A DNA stretch of 64,000 nucleotides from Nanobdellota archaeon (GCA_018816335.1 JAHIVP010000013.1:19226-83225), one strand, 5' to 3'; counted from the stretch's first letter, positions 7,941 through 17,094 are shown. The notes: generated by a model from the sequence alone, not told the origin. Made by a program: numbers and translations.

Positions 7941-9695
7941 TTAAAAACTTTTCTTTTTCCTAGTATTCCTACTCCCCCGAAACCCCTCTTTCTTTTTCCT
8001 GCCATCAAACTTTCTATCATCATTTCTTTCTCCAAACTTTCTATCATCTCTTCCACCAAATCTTGGCTTATCTCCAAATTTCTTTGTTCCTCCAAAACTT
8101 CTTTTTCCTTCATCTCTATTTCCAAATCTAGGTTTATCTCCAAATTTCTTATCCCCACCAAAACTCTTCCCACCAGAATCCCCATCTCTTCTCTCAAACC
8201 TCCTTCCTCCACCTTCACTTCTTCCATAACTTTTCTTCTCTCCAAATCTAGGCTTATCTCCAAACTTCTTAGGACCACCAAAACTTCTTCTATCTCCATC
8301 TCTTCCACCAAATCTTGGTTTATCTCCAAACTTTTTATCTCCATATCTTTTTGAATCTCCAAAACTCTTTCCACTAGAATCTCCATCTCTTCTCTCAAAC
8401 CTTCTTCCACCACTAAATCTAGGCTTATCTCCAAATTTTTTCTTATTATCAAAATTCCTACTTCCCCCACCCCTATTATCTCTCCCACCACTAAAACTTC
8501 TACTTCCTGATCTAAAATTTCCTCTATCTCCATCACTTCTACCTCTAAATCTATTTTTTCCAAATCCATTTGTATCTATAGGTACTCTCTCTACATAAGG
8601 AGTCTTCAACTTTTCTATCTTAATTTTTTCATCTTTCTCAACTTTTCCAAAATTATCATAATCTCTACTTGCTAAAATACTAATTGCAATCCCGTCTTTC
8701 CCAGCTCTAGCTGTTCTTCCAATTCTATGTATATATTCATCCGCTGTTTTAGGTATATCAAAATTATAAACATGCGAAACACCCTTAATATCCAACCCTC
8801 TAGCAGCAACATCAGTACAAACCATCACATTAACATGCCCTTTATGAAAACCATCTAATACTCTAGTTCTCGAATTCTGACTCAAACCTCCATGAATTGC
8901 TTTAGCTTCAACACCATTTTTCTTTAAATTTTGTTCAACAAAATCAACATTTCGTCTTGTCGCACAAAAAACCATTACAAGTTCAGATTTCTCATTTTTT
9001 AACAAATGCACTAAAAGAGAAAATTTCAATCCATCTTCAACATCATAATAAACCTGTTTTAATTTAGTAGCATCAACCATTGATTCAACAGCTACTTCAA
9101 TAGCATCTTTTGTATGTTTTTTAGCAAGATGGTCTATATCTTGAGAAATTGTAGCAGAAAACAACATTGTTTGTCTCTGTTCTGGAACCTGAGAAATAAT
9201 CTTATTAACATCATCATAAAACCCCATATCAAACATTCTATCAACTTCATCTAAAACAAGAAACTTCACCTTTTCCAATTTTATAGTATTTCTTTGCATA
9301 TGATCTAAGATTCTTCCAGGTGTTCCAACAACAACATCAGCAGTTTTTAATTTAGAAATTTGTGGTTCAATACCAACACCCCCATAAACAGTCGTAATCT
9401 TAAGAGGATTATACTTAGCAAATCTTTCTGTTTCTTGAGCAACTTGTTGTGCTAACTCTCTAGTTGGAGTTAAAATCAAAGCCTGCACACCTTTCCCTCT
9501 CTTTAAATTATCAATAATTGGAGCACTAAATGCTAAAGTTTTCCCACTTCCTGTCGACGATCCACCAATAACATCTTTCCCAGCTAACACTAAAGGAATC
9601 GCTTGTGTTTGAATATCGCTCGGTTCTTCAAACTTCATATCCTCAATAGCTTTCAAAATAGGCTCACTAAGGCCGAGTTTCTTAAACTTGTCCAT
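7941..9695 (-). CDS. DEAD-box RNA helicase (CshA/DeaD type) with repetitive basic tail
   Basis: Q motif, STGSGKT, PTRELA, DEVD, SAT, ARGLD, HRIGRTAR; probable start MDKFKKLGL at 9695. Confidence 0.95.
   Translation of the reverse strand: MDKFKKLGLSEPILKAIEDMKFEEPSDIQTQAIPLVLAGKDVIGGSSTGSGKTLAFSAPIIDNLKRGKGVQALILTPTRELAQQVAQETERFAKYNPLKITTVYGGVGIEPQISKLKTADVVVGTPGRILDHMQRNTIKLEKVKFLVLDEVDRMFDMGFYDDVNKIISQVPEQRQTMLFSATISQDIDHLAKKHTKDAIEVAVESMVDATKLKQVYYDVEDGLKFSLLVHLLKNEKSELVMVFCATRRNVDFVEQNLKKNGVEAKAIHGGLSQNSRTRVLDGFHKGHVNVMVCTDVAARGLDIKGVSHVYNFDIPKTADEYIHRIGRTARAGKDGIAISILASRDYDNFGKVEKDEKIKIEKLKTPYVERVPIDTNGFGKNRFRGRSDGDRGNFRSGSRSFSGGRDNRGGGSRNFDNKKKFGDKPRFSGGRRFERRDGDSSGKSFGDSKRYGDKKFGDKPRFGGRDGDRRSFGGPKKFGDKPRFGEKKSYGRSEGGGRRFERRDGDSGGKSFGGDKKFGDKPRFGNRDEGKRSFGGTKKFGDKPRFGGRDDRKFGERNDDRKFDGRKKKEGFRGSRNTRKKKSF
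8000..8520 (-). repeat. Coding tandem repeats (KKFGDKPRF x4; RRFERRDGDS x2)
   Basis: Recurring ...GGAGATAA(G/A)CC(T/A)AGATTT units in the helicase C-terminus. Confidence 0.8.
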
Positions 9696-9805
9696 ATTAA
9701 ATTTTTTGAGAAAAAGCAAATTGTTAATTCCTTCTTCTCTACCATACATAATCATTATTTCTAACTTATCTGTATTATACTACACTAAGAAATGGGTTTT
9801 TAAAG

Positions 9806-10024
9806 TTATGCAACTTCTCTTTCTTCAGAATTATCCTCTCCAATCAACCACATAATTTGATCATATCCTTGCCACCTTCCCGCAGGAGTAATCAAACAAG
9901 GACTTTCTGTTGGATCTGCTCCCCCCTCTATACTATAAGGAATTTCTTGACGTTCTAATTCTTCCCTAATTCTTTGAGTGTATTCGGTTCCAGTATCGTT
10001 TACATGTAAAATCCATCTTATCAT
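9806..10024 (-). CDS. Glutaredoxin-fold-like small protein lacking CxxC
   Basis: REELERQEIPY...SPCLITPAGRWQGYDQI resembles Grx cis-Pro and G-Y-D elements. Confidence 0.5.
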   Translation of the reverse strand: MIRWILHVNDTGTEYTQRIREELERQEIPYSIEGGADPTESPCLITPAGRWQGYDQIMWLIGEDNSEEREVA

Positions 10025-10098
10025 TTTAATTATTAAGAAGTCTCTCTTTTTAAAAATTTATATCTTCCACACCTCATTTTTCTGAACAACCTTCCAAA

Positions 10099-11172
10099 TT
10101 ATACTTTCCACTTCCCTCTCTCTTGAACAACCTTCCCATCCAGAACTATCTTAGCATGTTTCATATCCTTAACAATATCCCAATGAATAGCAGAATCATT
10201 CCCCCCCCCATTTTCTTTGTACGCCATTCCCAATGCTAAATGTATAGTTCCTCCAATTTTCTCATCAAACAATAATTCATTAGTTGGTTTTGTAACTTTA
10301 GGATTCATTCCAATCCCAAGTTCTCCAACATATCTTGCATTTTTATCAGTGTTTAACATTGTAGTCAAAAACTTCAAATTTTTACTAGCCTTTTCTTTCA
10401 CAACTTTTCCACCTTTAAACCTCAAATAAATATCTTTCACTTCTTTTCCATCTCTTATCGACGGCCACTCAAATTTAATATATCCCTTTAAAGAATTTCT
10501 TACAGGAGCCATAAAAATCTCTCCCCCAGGCATATTTTCCTTCCCATCATCCATCACAGCTTTCTTTCCATGAATCTTCATCTTTAAATCAACACCTTTT
10601 CCAATCAAATGAACTTCTTTTCCTTTCTTAAATTTATCAAGAATCTTCTTCATTCTCTTACTCTCTTTTTTCCAATCCTGCAAACAAGCACCATAAAGAA
10701 AATTAGAATAATTTTTCAAGCTCATCCCAGCTTCTTTAGCCAATTTCTTACTTGGAAATCCCATTGAACACCTATAAATTTTAGGTTTTTCATTAACAAC
10801 ATAACTAGAAATAGGATTAGTAATCTTTGTCCTCATTGCAACTTTTTTAGGATCTAATTTTTCCATCTCTTTTCTATCATCTCCAGTTCCAATCCCAATA
10901 TATTTTTGTATCTTCTTAACTACCATATCATGAATCTCAGGAAATTTCCCAATCTGTTCCATAGAAGCATTTTCATAATAAATTGGGGTCAAACCCTCAG
11001 GACTATATTTCAACTGAGGATAAGCCCCCTTTTTCAAAACAGCTTTATACAATGCCTTGACAAACTCTTTAGCATCCTCACTAGCAGAAATCATAACATT
11101 CTCATCCTTCTTTACAAACACACTCCAATCAATAACTAACTTTGCTAACTTCTCAACTCTTTTATCTTTCAT
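10099..11172 (-). CDS. Aminopeptidase, M29 family (AmpS/AmpT)
   Basis: NMPGGEIF, GELGIG, LFDEKIGGTIHLALGMAY and NDSAIHWD motifs. Confidence 0.93.
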   Translation of the reverse strand: MKDKRVEKLAKLVIDWSVFVKKDENVMISASEDAKEFVKALYKAVLKKGAYPQLKYSPEGLTPIYYENASMEQIGKFPEIHDMVVKKIQKYIGIGTGDDRKEMEKLDPKKVAMRTKITNPISSYVVNEKPKIYRCSMGFPSKKLAKEAGMSLKNYSNFLYGACLQDWKKESKRMKKILDKFKKGKEVHLIGKGVDLKMKIHGKKAVMDDGKENMPGGEIFMAPVRNSLKGYIKFEWPSIRDGKEVKDIYLRFKGGKVVKEKASKNLKFLTTMLNTDKNARYVGELGIGMNPKVTKPTNELLFDEKIGGTIHLALGMAYKENGGGNDSAIHWDIVKDMKHAKIVLDGKVVQERGKWKV

Positions 11173-11202
11173 ATATAATTAAAAAATCTAGAATATAAAA
11201 AT

Positions 11203-12936
11203 CTACCTCTTAACAATCATAGCAATCAAAACAACAATAAAAACTAATATAACAAGAAAAACCATTAACCAAACATGCCAGTAATTCAAAACACTATTAC
11301 TATTATCTACATTTTCATCAAGACTATTCAAACTTATAGTATCAACTATTTCTTCTTCAATTAACTCACTATCTTGATTAACAACTGAAACTTTTTTTGA
11401 AAAACTTACAACCTTACCATAATCAACATCAACTATAATCTCATATTCTCCATTCCCAGATCCAGGAGGAATATCAATTAAAACAAATTCATTAAACTTA
11501 TTACTATCAACACTCATTAATCTATCTTCATAAATTCCTAAACCATAACTTACAATTCTAACATCCATTTCTTTTCCATTTAGATTTTTAGCATTAATTA
11601 CAATTTCTACTTGTCCATTTGATAAACTTTCTATTTGAACATTTACACTTTTTTTACTTGAAGAAGAACTATGTGTTTCTGGGTCATCATCTTCATCATC
11701 ACAAGATTCCACTTCAAAATTAAAAACAAATAAATTATTATCTTCATATTCTTCTTCATATATGTTTGCAGGATCAGTTATAATTTTTAATTCATACTCT
11801 CCAGCATCTAGAACACCCAACCCAACTCCCCAATCTTTATCTTCAGAATCAAAAGGTAAAACTGGAATTGCAGAGATAAGTACATCATTAAGATAAATTT
11901 CTACAGGAACAGAATCAGGAATTGCATCTCCATTTATTTTATGTGTATGAAATCTTATCATTGCTTCATCATCATCTAATATAGGAGCATTTGGAATATA
12001 TCCTCCTCCAATATATAAATCAGGAAGTATTACTCCACCAATACAACTCCCATTAGAACATCCACTAACACAATCTTCAACTAATACTAACTCAACATAA
12101 TCAGTACATGCTGCTTCTAATGTTCCAGAATTTCCACATGAAAAATCTTTCCAATTTTGATAAACATCATCATTATAACAAACAGCATCTCCAATAAATC
12201 TATCAACTCCACAATCACTATCAATATTACATCCAAGATTACATTGTTTTATAGCATCAATCTCAAAATCAGGATTTTCTAATCCACTACCACTTATTTT
12301 TGTATATCTAAATCCATCTGAAGAATAATAATCTTTAACTCCATCATGAGCTCTCAAATTATTTATATCATCAACATAAATAGCAGTCTGTTCCAATAAA
12401 TCCCAATTAACATTATCTGAACTTACTTCCACAATGTATTCATCTAATTCTTCAGGTCTATCTGTAAAATCTATTCCAGGAAAAACTCTAAGATAATTTG
12501 TCATTGACCCAAAATCCCACACAACATATGTTGGAGCAGAAATCCATAACCAATACCAATCTAATTCATTCCCATAATCCCAACTTCCATTTGTAGAAAT
12601 CACCCAATCCAAAGGATCATTTGAATAATGCATCCCATAATAAAAATTCCCTAAATTATTAATCTCATCAACATCTCCATAATTTCCTGTACAAGAAGGC
12701 ATATCAGGAAGATACATAGAAGGAAAAACATTAGATTCATCATCATCTGAACTTGAATCACATCCAGGATCTCCATAATAACTTACAGAATTATAATCAG
12801 CAAATCCATCTCCATCATTATCTATTCCATCAGAACATTGTGATGAAGCACTAACAAAAGATAAACTTAACATCATAACTAATATCAATAAACTTGCTAA
12901 TCTTTTTAATCTATTTTGGGCATTCATTTGTGTCAT
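11203..12936 (-). CDS. Secreted/surface protein with Ca-binding repeat, Cys-rich and CARDB-like domains and C-terminal TM anchor
   Basis: Signal peptide; QCSDGIDNDGDG..DPGC repeat; LPDL...DPANIYEEEYEDNN CARDB-like segment; C-terminal hydrophobic helix plus KR. Confidence 0.8.
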   Translation of the reverse strand: MTQMNAQNRLKRLASLLILVMMLSLSFVSASSQCSDGIDNDGDGFADYNSVSYYGDPGCDSSSDDDESNVFPSMYLPDMPSCTGNYGDVDEINNLGNFYYGMHYSNDPLDWVISTNGSWDYGNELDWYWLWISAPTYVVWDFGSMTNYLRVFPGIDFTDRPEELDEYIVEVSSDNVNWDLLEQTAIYVDDINNLRAHDGVKDYYSSDGFRYTKISGSGLENPDFEIDAIKQCNLGCNIDSDCGVDRFIGDAVCYNDDVYQNWKDFSCGNSGTLEAACTDYVELVLVEDCVSGCSNGSCIGGVILPDLYIGGGYIPNAPILDDDEAMIRFHTHKINGDAIPDSVPVEIYLNDVLISAIPVLPFDSEDKDWGVGLGVLDAGEYELKIITDPANIYEEEYEDNNLFVFNFEVESCDDEDDDPETHSSSSSKKSVNVQIESLSNGQVEIVINAKNLNGKEMDVRIVSYGLGIYEDRLMSVDSNKFNEFVLIDIPPGSGNGEYEIIVDVDYGKVVSFSKKVSVVNQDSELIEEEIVDTISLNSLDENVDNSNSVLNYWHVWLMVFLVILVFIVVLIAMIVKR

Positions 12937-12987
12937 TCGGAAGTTATAACACATTTATAAATCTTTCCATCCATAGATTTAAATAAT

Positions 12988-12998
12988 AGTTCGTTTAA
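12988..12998 (+). promoter_or_regulatory. AGTTCGTTTAA box between the xerA TATA box and start codon
   Basis: TTTAAATA at about 12978, then the 11-mer also found at 1990, 2766, 3170, 4666, 4896 and 5469. Confidence 0.5.
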
Positions 12999-13003
12999 TT
13001 TTT

Positions 13004-13825
13004 ATGATGGAGCAAAAAGAGGCGCTTGAAAAACTCAAAACAGAATTAAAACTCCGAGGGTATTCTCACCTTACTGAAAAAAATTATGTTTTCTTTATTG
13101 AAAAATTTTTAAAACACTCTAACACAAAAATTGATCTCCTTAATGAAGATAATGCAAAATCATATTTAGCGTCGTTATTCGAAGACAAGTCAAGAAACAC
13201 AATTATGTTAGCAGCTTCGGCAATTAAATTCTTTTATAATATCTTAAAGAAAAATCTTTCTGAAATCACCCTTCCAAAAAAAGAAAAAAAGCTACCAATT
13301 GTTTTAAGTAAAAAAGATATAATCTCACTTTTGAATTCTTCCCAAACTAAAAAATCTAAACTTATACTTTCTTTATTATATTCTTCAGGATTAAGAGTAT
13401 CAGAGGTTGTTAATCTAAAAAAACAAGATATTGATTTTAATGATAAAATAGGGTGGGTTAGAAAAGGAAAAGGTTCAAAGGATAGAATATTTAGTATCTC
13501 TGAAACATTATTAAACCAGGTAAAAGAATATTTAACTTCTCATCCAGATAATGAATATGTATTTTCTAAAACAACGCCTCTTACTCCAAGAAATATACAA
13601 AAAATTATAAAACTTACAGCAACTAAAGCTGGAATAGAAAAAAGAGTTACTCCCCATACTTTAAGACATTCTTTTGCAACACATCTTCTTGAAGATGGAA
13701 CAGACATTAGAGTTATTCAAACAATGTTAGGTCACGAAAACTTATCAACAACTCAGATATATACCCACATATCTCAAGAACAAATTAAAAAAGTTGTAAA
13801 TCCTTTTGATAACTTAGAACTATAA
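13004..13825 (+). CDS. xerA: XerA/XerC-type tyrosine recombinase
   Basis: SGLRVSE, K-GKGSKDR, TPHTLRHSFATHLLE, LGHENLSTTQIY: complete R-K-H-R-H-Y catalytic set. Confidence 0.93.
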   Translation: MMEQKEALEKLKTELKLRGYSHLTEKNYVFFIEKFLKHSNTKIDLLNEDNAKSYLASLFEDKSRNTIMLAASAIKFFYNILKKNLSEITLPKKEKKLPIVLSKKDIISLLNSSQTKKSKLILSLLYSSGLRVSEVVNLKKQDIDFNDKIGWVRKGKGSKDRIFSISETLLNQVKEYLTSHPDNEYVFSKTTPLTPRNIQKIIKLTATKAGIEKRVTPHTLRHSFATHLLEDGTDIRVIQTMLGHENLSTTQIYTHISQEQIKKVVNPFDNLEL

Positions 13826-14239
13826 TTATCTATAACTCTTCTGCCTTCTAGTTCTAGCCTTAGAATCACCTGGCTTATTAGGTTCCTTTCTTCTAACATC
13901 TGCAACAATTAAACTTCTATCATATCTTATAAACTCTCTTTTCAATTTTTCAGATTTTGAAACTTTTAAAATTGCCCTTGCTATTGCTTGTCTTGCTGCC
14001 TCTATTTGACTTTCAACGCCTCCACCTTTAACACTAACATCAATATCAAACTTCAAACTTCCTAAAACATTTTTTGATATTCTTAGAGGTTCTTCAATCT
14101 GCAGCTTTCTTAGTTGTTCCATTGTTTGATAATCTTTTTTATTAATTGTTACCTTCCCTGAACCTACTTTTAAAATAGCCCTTGCTATTGCTGTCTTTCT
14201 CTTTCCAGACACAATTGTATTTTTTTCTTTTCCTTTCAT
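13826..14239 (-). CDS. rps9: 30S ribosomal protein S9 (uS9)
   Basis: SGKRKTAIARA; C-terminal ARTRRQKSYR. Confidence 0.95.
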   Translation of the reverse strand: MKGKEKNTIVSGKRKTAIARAILKVGSGKVTINKKDYQTMEQLRKLQIEEPLRISKNVLGSLKFDIDVSVKGGGVESQIEAARQAIARAILKVSKSEKLKREFIRYDRSLIVADVRRKEPNKPGDSKARTRRQKSYR

Positions 14240-14240
14240 A

Positions 14241-14636
14241 TTATTTTAGTAACTTAGATACTTTTTCTAGAGTATTAAAATCTCCTTTATTTCTTGAAGA
14301 TTTGATTTTTTCTACTTCTACATATTTTTCAGGAACATCATTATAACATCTTACTCTCATCAAAGCTTCTACTCCTCTTCTTGAACTTGGTAACATACCT
14401 TTTATTGTTTTCTTTAACATTTTCTCAGGTATCGAAGATAAAATTATCCCTTTTCTCGAACTTCCACCTAGTCTTCTCTTTCTCATATATTCTTCTTTAA
14501 TCTCAACAAAATTTCCACTAATAATTATTTTCTTAGAATTCACAATAACAACATTTTTTCCTTTCATTGCTTCTTTAGCTACAAAACTAGAAATCCTTCC
14601 TAAAATTGCATTTTCTCCATCAATTACTATTTCCAT
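14241..14636 (-). CDS. rpl13: 50S ribosomal protein L13 (uL13)
   Basis: IDGENAILGRISSFVAK, KGMLP; synteny. Confidence 0.93.
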   Translation of the reverse strand: MEIVIDGENAILGRISSFVAKEAMKGKNVVIVNSKKIIISGNFVEIKEEYMRKRRLGGSSRKGIILSSIPEKMLKKTIKGMLPSSRRGVEALMRVRCYNDVPEKYVEVEKIKSSRNKGDFNTLEKVSKLLK

Positions 14637-15004
14637 TATTTGATTATTTTTATTCCCTTTGCTAAAGGATTTACTTTTATTTCTTCTTTAACACTCACAA
14701 TCTCACATTTCTTGTCTTTCAATTTTTTAATTGCTGATTCTGAAAATTTTAAAGCAACAACTCTAATTTTCTTACTTACATCTCCAACACCTAAGACCTT
14801 TCCAGGAACTAATATTGTTTCTCCTTCCTGACTATTTTTATCAATTTCTTCTAGATTAATTTTACTTTGCTTACGTGTCGGAACTGAGATAAGATGTGAA
14901 ATTTTGACCCACTTATCTGCTTTTTTTGCACTTAATATAGTGCCAACTAACTCAACATTTGTTTTTCTTCTCATTTTCCTTTCAATCTTTGTTTTACTTA
15001 TCAT
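14636..15004 (-). CDS. rpl18e: 50S ribosomal protein L18e (eL18)
   Basis: VPGKVLGVG, ALKFSESA; ATG at 15004. Confidence 0.92.
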   Translation of the reverse strand: MISKTKIERKMRRKTNVELVGTILSAKKADKWVKISHLISVPTRKQSKINLEEIDKNSQEGETILVPGKVLGVGDVSKKIRVVALKFSESAIKKLKDKKCEIVSVKEEIKVNPLAKGIKIIK

Positions 15005-15031
15005 ATTCAAATTATTCCTCTATCAATCCTT

Positions 15032-15150
15032 TTGCGGGTCACGCATTTACAGCCCCATGCCCTAACATTCTTCTGCCCCGACCGGACTGTGTTGCGGGTC
15101 ACGCATTTACAGCCCCATGCCCTAACATTCTTCTGCCCCGGCGGGCTGTG
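15032..15150 (-). repeat. Two tandem ~60-bp GC-rich hairpin repeats downstream of tRNA-Leu
   Basis: 49 bp identical at 15032-15080 and 15092-15140; each unit ends in CCCGCA like the tRNA 3' end. Confidence 0.85.
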
Positions 15151-15152
15151 AA

Positions 15153-15236
15153 TGCGGGAAGAAGGATTCGAACCCTCGTAGGCACTAAGCCAACACGCCC
15201 TTAACGTGTCCCGTTTGACCGCTCCGGCATTCCCGC
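15153..15236 (-). tRNA. tRNA-Leu, anticodon AAG, long variable arm, CCA not encoded
   Basis: GCGGGAA acceptor stem; anticodon stem ACACG/CGTGT with loop TT-AAG-GG; variable arm GGC-TTAGT-GCC; T-loop GGTTCGAATCC. Confidence 0.92.
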
Positions 15237-15241
15237 ATTTA

Positions 15242-15320
15242 TGCAGGATGCATTGACACAACCAAAATCTAATTTTTCAGAGTATCAGGTTGGTAAGGGT
15301 GTTCCTTACAGCATTCCCGC
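15242..15320 (-). ncRNA. Putative tRNA-like structured RNA upstream of tRNA-Leu
   Basis: Starts with the same GCGGGAATGC as the tRNA and closes with GCATCCTGC-A; internal stems GTAAGG/CCTTAC and CAACC/GGTTG. Confidence 0.35.
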
Positions 15321-15352
15321 TTATTCATTCGAATATTAAGGAACTTAAAAAT

Positions 15353-16057
15353 TTATTTAAGCGCTTTCTTAACTTCATTAAGGTTTTGATTTAGCGTTTT
15401 AATAGATTCTTCAAAAATTGCTGGAGCATCTATTTGACCATAACTTTCAATACTGAAAACTAACCCCTTTCCTTTTTTTATTTCAATAGAATCTTTTCCT
15501 TTCTTTTTACACTCTTCAATACAAGATTCACACATATCACAGTTCTCTAAATTTTTAACAGAAACCTTTCCATCTTTAATATCAAAAACATCAAGAGGAC
15601 AAACACTAGCACAATCTTCACAATTAGGATCCTTTATTTTAATATCAGCAACATTTCTATAAAAAACCAATCCAGGTGAATATTTCACATGCTCTGTTCC
15701 TTTTCCTAACTTCCCTTTAGCAATAAACTCAATTTCTTGTCCATCTTCTAATTTAGTTATAATCATTTTATCATAAACAACTTTAGCATTTCCTTTCATA
15801 TCTCCAGAATAAACTGTCTTTGGACCTTTTTCAACAAGCTTCATTGTAACTTCTTTTGTTTTAACACTATCTTTCTTTAAAGGAATCAATCCAACTCTAT
15901 GAGCAATAATCTCATCATATAAAACAGAATCATTTTTATGAATCTCTAATTCATGAATTGCAAAAACCTCAACCTCATTAGCACTTCTTCTTATAGCATT
16001 TGCTAGTTCTTCTTCCCCTTCAAATGCAAATTCAATTTTTTCTGGTGTATTTTTCAT
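15353..16057 (-). CDS. rpoD: RNA polymerase subunit D (Rpo3)
   Basis: ANAIRR, NDSVLYDEIIAHRVGLIP, ferredoxin-like Cys insert. Confidence 0.95.
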   Translation of the reverse strand: MKNTPEKIEFAFEGEEELANAIRRSANEVEVFAIHELEIHKNDSVLYDEIIAHRVGLIPLKKDSVKTKEVTMKLVEKGPKTVYSGDMKGNAKVVYDKMIITKLEDGQEIEFIAKGKLGKGTEHVKYSPGLVFYRNVADIKIKDPNCEDCASVCPLDVFDIKDGKVSVKNLENCDMCESCIEECKKKGKDSIEIKKGKGLVFSIESYGQIDAPAIFEESIKTLNQNLNEVKKALK

Positions 16058-16088
16058 TTTAATTATAGGATAATTTTACTTTAAAAGC

Positions 16089-16472
16089 TTATGGTCTTCT
16101 TCCTCTTCTCCCACCTTTAACCTTTGGCCCTCCCCTTGGAATTTTTGTTGTATCACTTATATTAATTATTTTAAATCCTTCTCTTCCTAATGATTTTACA
16201 ACTGCATGTGCTCCAGGTCCAGGAGCAGGACTTCCAGTCTTTGCTCTAATCCTTACATATAATGATTTTAATCTATATTCTTTTGCCATCTCAGCAACTC
16301 TTTTCCCAACAAACATAGCCACAGTTGGATTTGCCTTTAATCGATTTTGTTTTGTTGACATTCCCCCTGAAACCCTAGCAATTGTATTTCCTGCTAAGTC
16401 AGTGATATGCACAATTGTATTATTAAACGACGTATAAATATGAACTATTCCTGTTTCTTCATCTGCAGCCAT
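16089..16472 (-). CDS. rps11: 30S ribosomal protein S11 (uS11)
   Basis: HIYTSFNNTIVHITD, PGPGA, GGRRGRR; true start MAADEE at 16472. Confidence 0.95.
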   Translation of the reverse strand: MAADEETGIVHIYTSFNNTIVHITDLAGNTIARVSGGMSTKQNRLKANPTVAMFVGKRVAEMAKEYRLKSLYVRIRAKTGSPAPGPGAHAVVKSLGREGFKIINISDTTKIPRGGPKVKGGRRGRRP

Positions 16473-16473
16473 T

Positions 16474-17094
16474 TTATTCCTTAACCTCCTCAACTTTAAC
16501 TTCTTCTTTAGGAGCTTCTTTAATTTCTTCAACCACAGCTTTCTCTGAAATTTCCTCAGCTTTATTTTCAACTTTAACTCCTTCAGAATCTTTCTCAACT
16601 GGTTTTTCTTTCTTCTCTAAATCTTTCATTTCAACAGTCTTCATAACCTTATCAACAGTAATCTTGTCTTCCTCATCTTTCTTAACCATATATGAAGGAA
16701 TATTCACAACATTTTCATTAACTTTAATGTGTTTATGAACAATTAATTGTCTTGCTTCTTTAGGAGTGTTTACCACTTTATTTTTTAATATCATAGTTTG
16801 TAATCTTCTTTTCAACCAATCTTCTTTATTTAATGCCAAAACATCTGCAATTTTATCAACACTAAACCCTATTTTATTTAATTTATCTAAGAAAATTTTT
16901 TGTTCTTCAAGCCCAGCAGTAATTAAACTTTTAGCTCGTCTTCTAAAAATTGAAATCTCAAATTCAGCTTTCCAAATCTCTTTCTTATTTTTCAAACCAT
17001 ACTTATCTCGTAAATCATTTTCTTCATCAATTCTTGTTTTGTCAAATAACTTTTTAGGTCTTTTTATCTGAGAATTTTTCTTTCCAAACATCAT
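16474..17094 (-). CDS. rps4: 30S ribosomal protein S4 (uS4) with acidic C-terminal tail
   Basis: KYGLKNKKEIWKA, RRLQT, ARQLIVHKHI. Confidence 0.95.
   Translation of the reverse strand: MMFGKKNSQIKRPKKLFDKTRIDEENDLRDKYGLKNKKEIWKAEFEISIFRRRAKSLITAGLEEQKIFLDKLNKIGFSVDKIADVLALNKEDWLKRRLQTMILKNKVVNTPKEARQLIVHKHIKVNENVVNIPSYMVKKDEEDKITVDKVMKTVEMKDLEKKEKPVEKDSEGVKVENKAEEISEKAVVEEIKEAPKEEVKVEEVKE

Noticed and set aside
7934-8569. 211-aa alternative-frame ORF over the helicase tail
   Set aside because: By-product of the purine-rich repetitive tail; no independent start signals
13004-13825. Recombinase as provirus or integron integrase
   Set aside because: Compact Xer-type protein without the IntI insertion; no viral genes or attC arrays nearby
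15032-15150. Possible mini-CRISPR array
   Set aside because: Only two 49-bp repeats with 10-11-nt related 'spacers'; no cas genes
15007-15261. ORFs of 81-84 aa across tRNA-Leu and the tandem repeat
   Set aside because: Shadow frames of GC-rich RNA/repeat sequence
15500-15640. Ferredoxin-like Cys cluster in RpoD and the Cys motif in uS5
   Set aside because: Both are known features of many archaeal orthologues
16473-16598. Long N-terminal extension on uS11 in the ORF track
   Set aside because: Overlaps rps4 out of frame; true start is ATG 16472
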